Position numbers and translations under genes: made by a program. From contig MU006104.1 in the NCBI GenBank assembly GCA_010093705.1, positions 434,001-498,000 on the forward strand: a stretch of 64,000 nucleotides of DNA. Direction: 5' to 3'. This document shows positions 51,501 to 64,000 of this stretch, in pieces; position 1 is the stretch's first letter, and every line of letters begins with the position of its first letter. The notes under the pieces are model-generated. The model worked only from the letters and a program-made list of their open reading frames with translations. It had not been told where the DNA came from and searched no databases. This DNA is from Patellaria atrata CBS 101060 (taxonomy: Eukaryota).

Positions 51501-52519
51501 GGTATGCATGCGCGAAAAATGCTTGCCAAGACAACAGAGAGATATTCAGTCAGCTATCTCACACATACATGTCAAACTGAACTGCTGCAACTACGACGAA
51601 CAATAATCAAACGGGGTCGATCAGCCAGCCAACAGTCATCCCAGCGACATTATGATCACTTTGTCAAGAACCTTTCTCCTCCTTCCTCTTTCACCAGCCC
51701 GCATCTGCGGGTGGCGCCTCCATCGTCATCTCGATGTTCGGCGAAATATCATCTTCTTGAAGTCTAACGTCCCGTGTCAGCCGCTAGTTCGAATAAAGCT
51801 GACTGGCTTGGGGAACGGAGGTATGGAAGCGGCACCAGAAGCAGTCGGGGTAACGTTGAGCAGTTCAAGAGGCCAGGTACCCGAATTTCTTGGACGAAAC
51901 CCTCGACGTTAGAGAGCGGAAATAGCCGAATGCGGCCCTGAGACAAGTTGGATGGAGGAAATGTTCGTCAATTTGAGCCCCGGTCAGGCCATGGTTGCTT
52001 GAGTTCAGACAGTCACCAGGTAGAGGGCGTTTAAATAGCGTGGGATTTAAATGAACAGAGCGAATGATCAACCTGCGCCATTCTGCGTTGCAGTATTCCA
52101 GCTGCCTTTCTGTGTTGAGTATGGAAGTCAATGGGAGAGGGAACCAGTTGGAGATGGGAGTTGATAAAGAATGGTCAAAGCGTTTATTACTAACGACTGT
52201 TGAAAAAACGGAAGCTCCAAAGCGTCTCATAGCCCCACTACGCTATTTTAGTGGGACTTCGTCAACGATTGGTTGAAATGACGTTCTTGGTATGTGGCAC
52301 ATCACGGACGACGAGCGATTTCTTTAGTGACCACCACTGGATTCACACAGAACATCAGAACTACATCACACCGCATTACAGTGCAACGACACCCAAGATT
52401 CTGTACGTCTATCTGCTGTTACTGGATCTATACAGCTGCGCTCTCGCCTAGATCTAGAGCTATCAAACTCGGGGTGTTTCCAGCAAACGGACCTGTCTCT
52501 ATCCCAATTTAAAGAAAAC

Positions 52520-53163
52520 ATGGATCCCGACAAAGACAACGCGAACCCTACTATTATTAACCCCTCTGACCTACCGTCAAGAAGGGGGATATCTGAGGTT
52601 AAAAAAAGGGACGACGGGGGTACTGGCTTGTTTGACCATCTTGTTCCCGCGTACAGTTACTTGAACGATCCGTTTGATCAGCCGCTTTCATCTTCGGATT
52701 CTGAAGATGAGACAGTTGAGGCTATAGACGAGCAGGAGATTTACGGTAAGGATCCTGTCATGAGACCTCAGCACGATTTCTAACACTACGCACAGATCTC
52801 ATCGCAACAATATCAGATCCGGAGCATCCGCTATCTCTAGGCTCTCTGGCTGTTGTCAATCTGCCAGACATCCATATTCAACCCCCAACATCTTCTCGGT
52901 CCAATATTAGCACAGTTCTTGTCGAGATTACCCCCACTATAACGCACTGTTCGCTTGCCACAGTCATCGGGTTGGGTGTGCGAGTTCGGCTCGAGCAGGC
53001 CTTGCCACCCCGATTCCGCGTCGACGTCCGGATAAAGAAGGGCACGCATAGCACTGATGAGGCTGTAAACAAACAACTGGGAGACAAGGAGAGAGTTGCG
53101 GCGGCTCTGGAAAATGGAACCCTAATGGGGGTATTGCGCAGGATGCTAGCAACATGCAAATAA
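52520..53163 (+). CDS. CIA2: Cytosolic Fe-S assembly component Cia2 (FAM96B/MIP18)
   Basis: DNANP..IDEQEIY|DLIATISDPEHPLSLGSLAVV (intron 52746-52795), ITPTITHCSLATVIGL, GTHSTDEAVNKQLGDKERVAAALEN. Confidence 0.95.
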
Positions 53164-55375
53164 TAGTCCATTTCAAACCGGATCCCATATATTTCATTGC
53201 ATAGCGCGGTGTTTAAGGTCTTCAAGGTTTTTATCCTATCGAATCTCTAGAAGAACGAACAAACAATGATCTAAGTAATGGGATTCCCCAAAGCGGCTTC
53301 GATGCAGTTAGACCAACAGGGACAATACACTACGGACTAAAAATATTGCATGGGAGGCTCGAAGGCACATTATGTCTCATCTTTTAGCCAAGCTTCCCCA
53401 GCTTTTACTGCATGTACAGAATGTGCATGCGAAATTGCAGAAATCGAAGTGTGCAACAATGGAGTGAATGGACGGTCATGATGTTCATTTAGGCTTAATT
53501 CTGCTCTCACGTGCAACCTCGGGATCGACCGAAGCTGATACCCACTTCAGTTCGTACTGTACTTGGAGATGTACTCAGACCTGGAATTTGTCTTCTCCAA
53601 GCCAAACAATTGAACCAAGCTGCCTAATTTATCAATCCCGCTCGCCCGGCGTTCTATCGAAGTTATCTACTCAAATGCCAATGGGGAGATAGAGCGGTCC
53701 CTACTCAGGTATCAAGCATACCGGGGATCTAACAGTAGTTTCTCTTTTCACTTCACCACCTAGCGAGAATTTACATTTACTATACAGACCCCATTTTCAT
53801 CTTTAGTCTTTTCCTTCTTCGGAAGCTAAACGCTAATTAAACTCCTACTTATCATCCATCAGTCACTTCAAATCCCCGATAGACTGAAGATCGCCAAGGC
53901 ACCAAGATGCAATACACCTCGCTTCACCCACCGTCAGGTCCGTCACTCGCCAAACAATCAATTATTAATCTAAAAAGCAAGAAATTTGGCGAAAGAAAGC
54001 GAGTTAATCGAGCAAAATGACACCGAAATCTGTTCCCAAGCAATACGATGCTGGTATGCTGACGTGGAATCTGCAGAAGTTATCTACCTCCAGTTGTTTT
54101 CCGCTTTGAGTAGTCCTGAAAATGATCCTATTGTGTATTTTGTGCCTGGCTTGGCGGTGGTGGTTGTGCTGGTTTTTCTGTCCCATCGACGCCGCCTGGC
54201 CCGTTCCCCGCAGATCTACTAAGAAAAGTTTTAAGTCGTGCCTCTAATACCTGCATACAACCGGTTCACGTTATTAGAGCTCTTACATCGACATGGTCCA
54301 GGTAGATGGCTCTCTCCAAAGTTCCATGGTCGAAGATGCGAGTCCTGATGTCTATGAACCTTAACAATATAATAAATCAATTAGCAATCACAAGATTCCA
54401 AAAGTCTTATCTCAGCAAGTTTGCTTGTTGGCGAGCACGGCGCGATACCAAGTTGATACTGATGGCCTTCGAGGTCTCCCTTGCCAGCAAAAAAGCCATT
54501 TTACCACCGTTCCATCGGAACGTTTCTCGGATCCGTTACGGACTGAGAAAACCCGGTACTGCTCAAAAGCCTCGTATGTACAACGGCGCAATGAAATCCC
54601 TAGATCTCCCCTCACGCGGCCCGTACGGCGCCCGCGTAGTCTGCCTAAATCCCCCCTACGCTCAATCATGCAATAGCAGTTCCAATATCGATAATAGGAG
54701 TTACAAGGATTCATTGTGGGGTAAAGGGCCAGATTCTCATGTTGGCGATCATTTACGATATGCAATACTGAAGTCAGTAGTCACGAAGTACCGTTAGATA
54801 GGGCTGAAGATACACCTTAATACCACTTAGGATTCAAAAAAAGTTCTAAATACATCCATGAAAGTTAAGAATATGAATTTGAAAGTCCATGCATGTCCTA
54901 CTACTAGCTACGAGGAGACAGGAACATGACAAATATATGCGGATCAAGACAAGACAACAGAAACATCATCTGCTCTTGGACAAAAGAGAACTAGTGAATG
55001 ACAAATGAAGGGAGAATGGGATAAAATAAAACAGAAAAAAGAACGCTCTTTGACAGAAGAGAATACGAATGACAAATGAATGCAGATACCAACCGCTATG
55101 CAGAAAGGGAACCCGAATGAGACAACCCTATGCGTATACAAAGGAAATTCGTGTGTTCGTCGGACTGGGAATCTCTACCGTCTACTGTGGACCTCCCGCA
55201 GTCAATGCAAATAAATCCATGTTGCCGATCCGTCCTCACTTCACCGAGGATCACCATTGCACCCTCCTCTTGCATGCCCATATCAAACCCTAACACCAAC
55301 CCAACCAATTGCTGACCCGTAACCGGAGGAACTCCTATCACTCCTTTCGTCGGTCACTAGACCACTACCTATTCC

Positions 55376-58300
55376 TCACTTCTCCCTCCCTGAAACCACC
55401 TTCAACGGCACCACAATCCCAGGCATCTCACCATACAACCCCTTAATCGCCGCGCTCCTCGAATCCCCCATGAACCCCAAACTCCTCCTGGTACCCCCTG
55501 ACTCGTTACTCTCGCGGGTACTCGCGGTCCTTACACTAACGGGCCTCGAACTAGTTTCTCCGAAGCTACCTCTGCTTTCTCTCTTGCTCTCTCCAAAACT
55601 ACCCCTGCTTTCCCTCTTCGAACTATGCTCGCTCCGCAAACTGGGGCTCTCCACCGTCCGGACGCTTCCGCTCCCGGATCGCACCATACCGATGCTACGG
55701 GGCGTGGCTGTGGGACTGGGGGCCGCGCTCTGCGTGTGCTGGGACGAAGAAGCACGGGTCGATAGTCGTCGAGTTGGTGCGTTGCGGGTGAGAGTGGGGA
55801 TCTCGTCCTGAGCAGCGTAGAGCGGAGAGGGTGGGCGCGAACGGGTGGCGCTCCCAGGTTCACGGACAGAGCTCGCCGATTCACGATTAGTAGCAACGGA
55901 GGGGGAGTGAACGGATGTAGGGACGGAGGAGGTGCTATGGTGGTGGACGAGGGGTGGTGGGAGCGTCATTCCCGTTGCTGTTGTCGCTGCTGATGTTGTC
56001 GTTGCGAGGGATGTCTGAGAGGGATTGGCGAGAGCAACCTGTGACCCCTGAACGGAAAGAGGGTAAGAGCGAGGGAGCTGGACTGGAGACGGGGGTGTCG
56101 CTACTCTTGACGGTGCGGCGGAAGAACCGGGGCGAGAGGGTGCTGGCGTCGAAGGTGCGGTCGTGATCGGCGTTGCTAAGGCTACAGGAACTGGAGTCGG
56201 CGGCGTAGGTGTCATGATGCTAGCGTACCCAGATTGCGCGGGGAAGGTCGAGATATCGGAATTCGTAGGGTGGGTGGCGCGTTGCGTTTCTTCTGGCTCT
56301 ACTGTTGGTATAGTTCGCACAACTGATATGGGAGCGGGGGTGGGCTCCTCACATGGTTGCGGTGTGCCAGCTTGTAGGTCACGTAAACGTGCCTGGACAG
56401 CTGGTGAGTCGCTGTATAAGGCGAGGCCGTGGCTGTATATGCAGCCGGTGTCGTTTTCGTCTTCGGGTGTGATCTGATAACTCTCGTGGATGGGCTCACG
56501 TTCGATGACTGGGAGGAGGCGGAGCAGTAACTTGCGCTCTGAAGGTGCGTCCTCGGCGAGCGATAGGGCCGTCAAATCGGCCTCGTGTGCAGGCCAGAAG
56601 GATTCATTTTCCCCTTCGAGCACAGCATCTATGGCGGGCATGCGAGCGGTAATCATTTCACGCTCCAGTCTCGCATATCTCCATGTCTCTGCAGCAAGCT
56701 TGACAATGCGACGGATGGCGACTCTGATCTTCTCGAGCTCGTTCGGGTCGGTGAAGTAGCGGATGGCATACATGATATCGTCGACAACCTTGCCGGCGGC
56801 GGTATTCATCTGTTGCTTCGCATCTGTGGTGGTGAACGCGGCCATGAGTGTATGCTGGCGCCAAACCGCCTCCTTGCGCGTACTCTTGCCGCGCAATTGG
56901 GCGCTCATGGCAGAGAATAGATCGTCAGCTTTGTCATAGCGCTTGCCGAGACTGAAGAGGAAGGGGGTAAACACTTTGAAGGTGAGGAGGTTGGCGATGG
57001 TATGAGTAATGTAAGCAGCACGAATCTGCTGGCAAGCTGGCGTATTTGCTACGAAGGATGGAAGGGTACCGGGAATCTTGTCGAGGATTTCGGCGGGCGG
57101 GTGAACTGGAAGGTGAGTGAAGTGTGTGCTTGCGACCTCGATGATTTGCTTGGATAGTTGACCGAACGCGTCGAGACTGTTCCAAAAGGTATGTCAGTAG
57201 GATGTCAAGACTGCAGATGTGATATATCAAGGGGATGAAAATCGCAACTGAAGGACTAACTGGGGGAAAAGAATCCTGGATCTCCTCGGAAAGTCGACTT
57301 CGACCATCTTCTAGACCGGCAACAACTTACTAGAATGCATCGCCCTTGCTTTTCAACTCGGTGACGGTTCCAAAACACTCGATCATCTTCTGTAGGCGTC
57401 CCTTTTCGTTCCCTAGATTGTCTGCCATGGTTTTCAGCTCTCCAACGATCTTTTCGAATGTCGCTTTGTCGTCATCCCATCCTGCTTTCAGGTGCAAATT
57501 CTCCTTTTGAAGTGTCTCCTTTTCTTCTTCCCACTTCTTAGTGAGCTCGGTCTGTAGAAGATGCATCCCCTGTTGAAGGTCGTCCTTTTCCTTCTGGTAT
57601 TGAGTAATGAGAACCACGCGTTCATCGTCGAACCCCTTCTGTAAGGCGACTTTCTCTTCATTCCGTTCTTTATTCAATGTTTCGCGCTCGATCTCCCAGT
57701 TCGTCCTGCACTCATCCTCTTTCTTCAATGCATCTTCGAGTCGCTGTTGAAGTGCAATCTTCTCGTCTACACTGACTTTCACCAATGCGTCTCGTTCAAT
57801 CTCCCAGTTTGCAAGATTCTCCTCAGCCTTTTTCACTGCATCCTCAAGCGCCTTCTGGAGCGCGAGCTTTTCTTCCTCGCGCTCCTTAGTCAATGTTTCA
57901 CGTTCGGCGTCCCAAATTGCGCGCCCTTCCTCTTCCCTCTTCACTGCATCCTCTAGCTCTTTCTGCAACGTGGCTTTCTCTTCTTCGCTTGTTTTGGTCA
58001 GCGTCTCTCGCTCAGCATCCCGTGCTGCTTTGCTTTCTTCCTCCTTCTTCAGCGCATCTTCAATTTCTTTTTGAAGAGCGAGCTTCTCTTCCTCACGCTC
58101 TTTGATAAGAGCATCTCGCTCAGCGGTGAAGGACTCTCGTTCGGTGCTGAAGGCCTCTCGCTCGGCATCCCAATTGGCTCTGTCCTCTTCAGCTTGCTTC
58201 AGCGCCTCTTCGAGCTCTGTTTGCACGCTTGCCAACTTCGCCTCGGCCTCCTCGCGGATAGTGTTGAAGTTCGTTTCAAGGTCTTTCTTTGAACGATCAA

Positions 58301-60506
58301 ATGCAGCTTGCATCTCCTCCTTCTCTGTCATGAACGCAGCTTGCATCTCCTCTTTTTCTTTCGCGAACTGTACATGCATCTGCTCCTTCTCTGTCGCAAA
58401 AGCAACCTGCATTTCCCCCTTCTCCTTGTCGTAAAGTTCAGCAGCAGCCCTAGTTTGAGCGGCAAAGTTCTTCTCCGCATCATCCTGCTGCTTCACAAAG
58501 ACAAACGCAAGATCCTGTTTCTGCTTCTCGAGCGTCTCGGTAGTGGTGCTTCTCCAGTCTTCAAACTCCTTGAGCAGCCGATTCTTCTCCTCCGAAACGC
58601 TCTGCTCTAACTCGAGCTTCTCCTTGATAAGCACATCCTTTTCTGCCAACACTGCTGCTAACGCATCCTGTGCTTGTTTTTTCGCTGCCAGATGCTCCGC
58701 AATCTTCTCCTCCAGATTCCCAATCTCCAACCTTAGCTTATTACTCTCGGCCGAATGCTCTTTCGCCGCGTCCTCAAGCTGCTTCGTCAGGGTAGCAATA
58801 TGCGCCTCCTGCCGCTTGAGCTCGTCCGCCCGCTCAGCTTCAGCCTTTCTTAGCAGGGCCTCACGCAATCCAAGTTTACCGTGCGACTCTCGATACCGTG
58901 ACAGAAGCATGTGCAAGTCGGGTATCGCAGATGATATCCGGGTCAAGAGCTCAGGAGAGTCGTCCTGGACCGCGATTTCATTATCAAAGTCCTGGAGCGC
59001 GAGCTCGTTACCCGCACAACTGCCCCGTGAGTCTATTGAGTCGTGGCGGCGCATCTGAGGTGGAGGAGCGGGGCCGAAGGGACTGAAGCCGGGATATGCG
59101 CCCGGTGCGCCTTGGTAGCCGGGTGTCGGGGTGCCGTGCATGCCGTACGGACTTCCAGCTGAGTAGCCGTTCGGATACGCAGCTATGCCGTACCCGTGGT
59201 AGTAAGGCGGAGATGTGGGTCCCGGCGGTGGTGGATAGTAGCCGTGTGCTGTGTGCGGGGGATAGCCGCCGAATGGAGGGGTGGAGTAGCCGGTGGGAGT
59301 GGAGTGTTGGCGTGCGAGGGGAAAGTGGCGAGGTGGTGGTGCTTCAGGAGCGGAAGGAGGGGTGTAAGCTTCGTGGTCGGGCGGGGAAGATTTCTCTGCA
59401 ACGGGAGGGGGTGCGACGATGAGGGATCTGTGCGAGGAGATGGAGGCGGTGGATGGGATTCTGCGGTGTTTGACTGCTGGGGAAGGCGCAGCTACCGAGG
59501 GCGCTTTCGATGCTGGTGTCTCAGGCGCAGGTGGTTCTGGCTCTACTGATTGGGGCTCTTCGACAATTTCTCTCGGGGTCTCCGGACGTGGCTGTTCTTC
59601 CGGCACCGCTTCTTCCTTCGCTACTTCTTCGACCACCTCTTCCCTTGGGAGCTCAGCTTTGACTGCCGTTTCTGTCGACGGCTCGACGACCTCTGCTCCT
59701 TCCCTCGTTGGCTCAGTATCTGCTGTCCCTTCTTTAGCTACCTTTGCCTCCGCTGTCTCTCCCTTCACCGGCTCAGCAACCTCTGCGTCTTCAGTCGCAG
59801 GTTCAGGAACCGCACCTTCTTCCTTCACAGCATCAGCCTCCACAATCTCTTCCTTCGAAACTTCGGTATCTGCCGTCTCCTCTTTCGAGAGTTCAACCTC
59901 AACTATCTCTTTTACAGGTTGACTCTCCACTGCTTCTCTTAGCGCCTCAGCAGACTCTTCCAGAGCAGTTGGAGCCTCAACAGTTTCAGTACCTGGTGCT
60001 TCTTCCGCTGGTGCTGCCGTCTCAGGTTCCTTTTCAGCGGCGTCGACAAACTCGTCGACTTCAGGTTCTTCCTTGGGAACTGGAACTTCGGGTTCCTTCT
60101 CCGCAGCGTCGACAAACTCGTCGATTTCAGGTGCTTCAGGTACTTCCGGTGCTTCTGGGGGTATCACACTCTCTTCCCTCAGCTCCTCAGCGGGAGCTTG
60201 TTCAGGAGCTACCTCCGCAATCTCTTTGGCCAAAGTCTCAATAGTAGAAGGCGCAGGACTCGCCGCCCGGATCGTCAACGCCGGGGATGCGGGGGGTTCA
60301 GGTGCGGATGGGGGTACTTCTGGTGCCTCCGGGAGTATATCTGCTGCCTCGACGGGGATGTCAGGTACTTCTGGTGCCAGTGGAGGAAGCGATTCAGGCT
60401 CTGTTGCGATGCTCTCGGCCGACGTGCGAGGACTCTGTGGTGGAGTATCGCCGAATGTGGCCGCTTGCTTCTTCTTCTTCGCCGCGGCGCCTTTCTTCTT
60501 GGCCAT
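55376..60506 (-). CDS. Large (~1650 aa) acidic/Pro-rich coiled-coil protein of unknown function (2 exons)
   Basis: Two long ORFs joined by intron 57330-57177 (KGDAF-Y-LDAF). Glu/Pro/Ala-rich N-terminus, Pro/Tyr/Gly region, long coiled coil with internal repeats, globular-looking domain (RKEAVWR..AAETWRYARLE), Ser/Thr-rich tail. Confidence 0.85.
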
Positions 60507-61903
60507 GGCGGATGTTTGGTTCTGGAATTTTAGTTTATACAAATGAGGTAATACTTGTTTCCATTCGTGGAAGTTTGTCTTTTTTTCGCAATTGAGGGTT
60601 TAGATTCAAGTAGAAATCTAGCAAAAAGAAAGTTTGTGGTGATTGTCTTTTCAAACTCGAAAGGTAAATAAGAAGAGATTGATAGATGAATAGTGATAGA
60701 GAAAAAAAAAAGCCCACTTAAAAAGTAAACAACAAACAGCAGCAAAAGTGCTACAAGTATCCAATACTCTCGGACCAGATACGGGACAGGTTAACTCCCA
60801 TTTAGATGAACAAAACAGACGCTGATAACTCAACCCAATCACGGGCTGCCAGGAATACACATCTTACCGCTTCGGTAGGCGAGCCCGTGCTGGAGGCCTG
60901 CACGTAGTGATGTGTCTCTTTAACCACCCTGTGGGATCCTAATGATAATGTCACGAGCAACGCGTCAACCTACTATAGAACTAACGTATGTCGAGTGTCT
61001 CCATCGTAACTTCTGACTCAATACTACCACCCCATCCTCCAGCCTCATCTTCAAGAGAACGTGAGGCGCGGATCCCATATTGAACGGGTCAATGTCAAGT
61101 GTCAGGATGAGAACCCTCGAGTCGATTGTCATATTCCGAAACATCACTTAGCAAATGGGCAAACAAGCACATGCTGCCAGCACTTTGAGCCTATTTTTTT
61201 CTTCGCAATGGCTGGTAGTGGAGCCGTAACGGTTGTTGTACAGTTGTTGTTCGTTGATGAGGCTCGCTTGAAACGCAGAATGGAAGTAGATGTTCGAGCA
61301 CGGGCCCCCTTTGACTGCGTGGTGCTTTCTGGTTGGCTTCATTGCGAATGGATGGATTGTGGTATATGCAACATCTGTCTCAAATGGGAAGTCTAAGCGC
61401 TGTTATAAATGGAGAATGCTGTCGTTGCACAACGAGATTCGCTGAAGTTCATCCCGGGGAAGTGTTCCCCGTGTTCCCTGGAATTATTAAAGAAGCAGAT
61501 GGGATATTGTGCAGTATTGTTATTGGTTTAAATGCTATATTCCGTCAAAATGGGCGAATGTCAGGAATAGCTTGCGCTAGAGATAAGCTTAAATTCCTAG
61601 TTATAAAAATGAGAAGTCGATATGCTGTGCTTAGTACATTCTGCAGCCAGACAGAATGTGTGAGTGGAAGACGGCAACTTCACCTACAGTTGTGTATTTC
61701 TAGTCGTACAACATTGAGCCAACCATATATACAGCCCACAAGGCTCCGAAATATTCAAGGACGAAATTATATGACCGACAAGGTCGTCCTGTTAACTCTC
61801 CGACACAGTGGGTTTTGAGAAATGAGCTTTGGACATCTCACACCGCCAGACTTCAGAACTGCAGAATAGCTTCTAGAACGCTGAACGGAAGTTTGTAACG
61901 CAA

Positions 61904-62742
61904 TTATTGTTTTGCATTTTTCTCATAAATGAAGTTTGCGGCTAGAGTTTATTAGCAAGCGGGATATTGAGTTTTTCTTTCACGTTAGAGCAAACGAACC
62001 AACGGGTACTAATCCATTCTCTGCTGCCCACTTCCTGACTCCTACTCGTCTGCCATCATACTCGTAACCCCAGTGTTGCCGGTCTTCTGGTTTACTTAGA
62101 TGCAATTCATCGCTTGTTCCATTTGCAGGTGCAAATGCAATGAAGACGTATCGATGCTTTCCCGTCTTAGGCGGAGGCCCCGGAGGCTTATACTCCATTA
62201 TCTCGTCGACCGATAATGCTGAAGATGACACCTTCACGTTCGTTGCGATCCAATGGCACATTTCCGACCATTCTGGGTCATCACGTGATGGAGCATCAGG
62301 ATCCGTCAATGTGACAGTATACGTTATTGAGCTCGATGATGCCAGATCAGACGGGTCGTAGAGAGTGATATTTGGTTTATCTTGGGTATCATCTGGAGAA
62401 ATAGTGTTCCCCAAGTGGGCAGTCTCATTGGAAGGCCAGCTTATGTTAAGGGTTAATCTTGGTATGAAGGTGTCAATCACTGTGATAACAGACAAACATC
62501 AGAATCGCGTAACGACTAGTCCGTGTTGATAGTCAAACCTGTTGGTATGATCTCAGCTTTTTCGAGTCTATACGTACGATTAGTAGTTTCAATGTGAAGA
62601 TCTTAGCTAGGACTTACTCCGAAATAACATCAAGATGATGGGTACTGGTATGTAGAACTTGTTGCTCGGTAGGCAAAGCATTGATTGCTGTGAGTAAGTT
62701 AAAAGCAAAGAGCAATCCACGGAAAGCTGCTTTGAAAGCCAT
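61904..62742 (-). CDS. PEBP-family protein (carboxypeptidase Y inhibitor Tfs1-like) with signal peptide, 4 exons
   Basis: MAFKAAFRGLLFAFNLLTAINALP..; LTDPDAPSRDDPEWSEMCHW; YKPPGPPPKTGKHRYVF; last exon AANFIYEKNAKQ*. Confidence 0.9.
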
Positions 62743-63180
62743 AATGACTAGTATGATGCGGTTATTAGCTCCAATGGGTACACTGAGAGCCAGTCACTAG
62801 AGTTTCAATGTCAATTGAAATGATAGAAACAAAATCAATTTGTCTAAGAGAATCAATTTGACAAAGATGAAGATGCGGACCAGAAGAGCTATTCGCAAGA
62901 ATGACATCAATACCGCGTTGACCATGCCAAGCACACGCGATACCGATTTCCGTACATTTCCATCCAAAGCCCTCAGGTACTGCACAACAGTACAAATTAA
63001 CTTTGAACAGCTGTATTCCGTATCTAGCATTCATAATAGAGGGTTATACATTATACTTAAATTAACAATTGAAATGTGAAGGTGTATTCCAATCTCCCAA
63101 TGACAAATTATGTGGTCCTTTTAGCTCTTTGACCTCCGTCTTCTCCACCTTCTCTCCCCCAACATACGCACAACCTCATC

Positions 63181-64000
63181 ATGGGCAAAGCTAATACCAA
63201 TGACAACGATCTCCTTGCCCGTCTTAACGCTCTCAAGCCATCTTCAGTATCTCTAACATCCAACATCGCTAGCAGCATACCTCTCACTCTCCAGCGTCCC
63301 GAGTCGGAGGCCCAAGTTAGAGACCTGGATCTTACAGCTCGGTTTCGGCGGCTCGGCACTCCAAGTTCATCCGCAGGAACACCCAAGGAGCTTGATCCTA
63401 AGGATGTACTTAAAGAGAAACCAGGGAATCGACACGAAACTGGGGGCGCAGATGATACTACTGAGGATGACAAGACTTTAGAGCAGTTGCTTGAAGAGCT
63501 AGGTCTGGAAAAGAAGGAGTGGAACGTTGGCGAAAAGGAGCAAGATGATGTTGAGAAATTGATGATGGAGGCTAAGGAGGTGGTGAAGAAGTCAGAGGAT
63601 ATGCGGGGTCTAGAAGGGAGAGGGGAGGACACCCAGGACGGGGACAAGGCGAAACAAGAAGCGGGAAAGGAGAATGGTGGAGGGCTGAAATCTCGTTCAC
63701 AGGAGGATCATGACATTGATGCAAAAGACGAAGAAGATGCGGATGAGTACATCGCACAAGTCCTTGCAGGGCTGAAATACGAAAAGAAATACAAAGAGCA
63801 CAATTTAGGCTCAGAATCTGAAGGTGATACCACAAAGGGGAGTAAAAAGGCTACAAAGGATGCACATGAAGACCCTTATACACCTACAGACAACGACTCT
63901 GAAGCCCCGTTTTCCCTACCCTCAGCGCCTACATCTCTCCCCACCCCCTCAACCACCGATTCTACAGACGAAACAGACATCCTCTCTGCCCGTATCTCCG
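63181..64000 (+). CDS. Partial ORF running off the window; resembles fungal ZFYVE19/ANCHR-like proteins
   Basis: Open frame MGKANTNDNDLLARLNALKPSS..DLTARFRRL..EDDKTLEQLLEEL..LPSAPT; repeated L..R...L MIM1-like helices and LPSAP motif. The diagnostic C-terminal Cys finger would lie outside the window. Confidence 0.6.
   Translation, partial: MGKANTNDNDLLARLNALKPSSVSLTSNIASSIPLTLQRPESEAQVRDLDLTARFRRLGTPSSSAGTPKELDPKDVLKEKPGNRHETGGADDTTEDDKTLEQLLEELGLEKKEWNVGEKEQDDVEKLMMEAKEVVKKSEDMRGLEGRGEDTQDGDKAKQEAGKENGGGLKSRSQEDHDIDAKDEEDADEYIAQVLAGLKYEKKYKEHNLGSESEGDTTKGSKKATKDAHEDPYTPTDNDSEAPFSLPSAPTSLPTPSTTDSTDETDILSARIS

Noticed and set aside
55470..60595. Numerous plus-strand ORFs opposite the coiled-coil gene, and similar antisense ORFs over other genes
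   Set aside because: Shadow ORFs caused by the codon bias of the real gene on the opposite strand.

Overview
Eukaryotic DNA from a filamentous ascomycete (Pezizomycotina, probably Dothideomycetes; inferred from short GT-AG introns with CTAAC/CTGAC branch sites and from gene content). About 21 mostly housekeeping genes: DAL81/TamA-like Zn2Cys6 factor, PTA1, COA3 (missed by the ORF track), an MscS-like EF-hand channel, a GH16 glucanase, an F-box protein, PSO2/SNM1, RPB4, an LRG1 RhoGAP, pirin, BUB2, a secreted AstE/AspA-family metalloenzyme, an NmrA-like protein, a DUF3844 membrane protein, a probable mitochondrial protein, a second Zn2Cys6 factor, CIA2, a large coiled-coil protein, a PEBP/TFS1-like protein and a partial ZFYVE19-like ORF. 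There are two 100-N gaps. Non-genic highlights: (1) a 962-bp non-autonomous Mutator-like element with TIRs, a perfect 9-bp target-site duplication and internal tandem hairpins; (2) a ~1.3-kb ORF-poor, heavily structured minus-strand locus (~42.8-44.2 kb) with a CCUAACCCU telomere-template match, a hand-folded pseudoknot and a core-enclosing helix, i.e. a candidate telomerase RNA or other long ncRNA; (3) a strongly over-represented non-coding 8-mer GTACAGTA; (4) repeated C-to-G strand-skew switches. All family assignments are from motif recognition by eye; no searches or folding programs were run.
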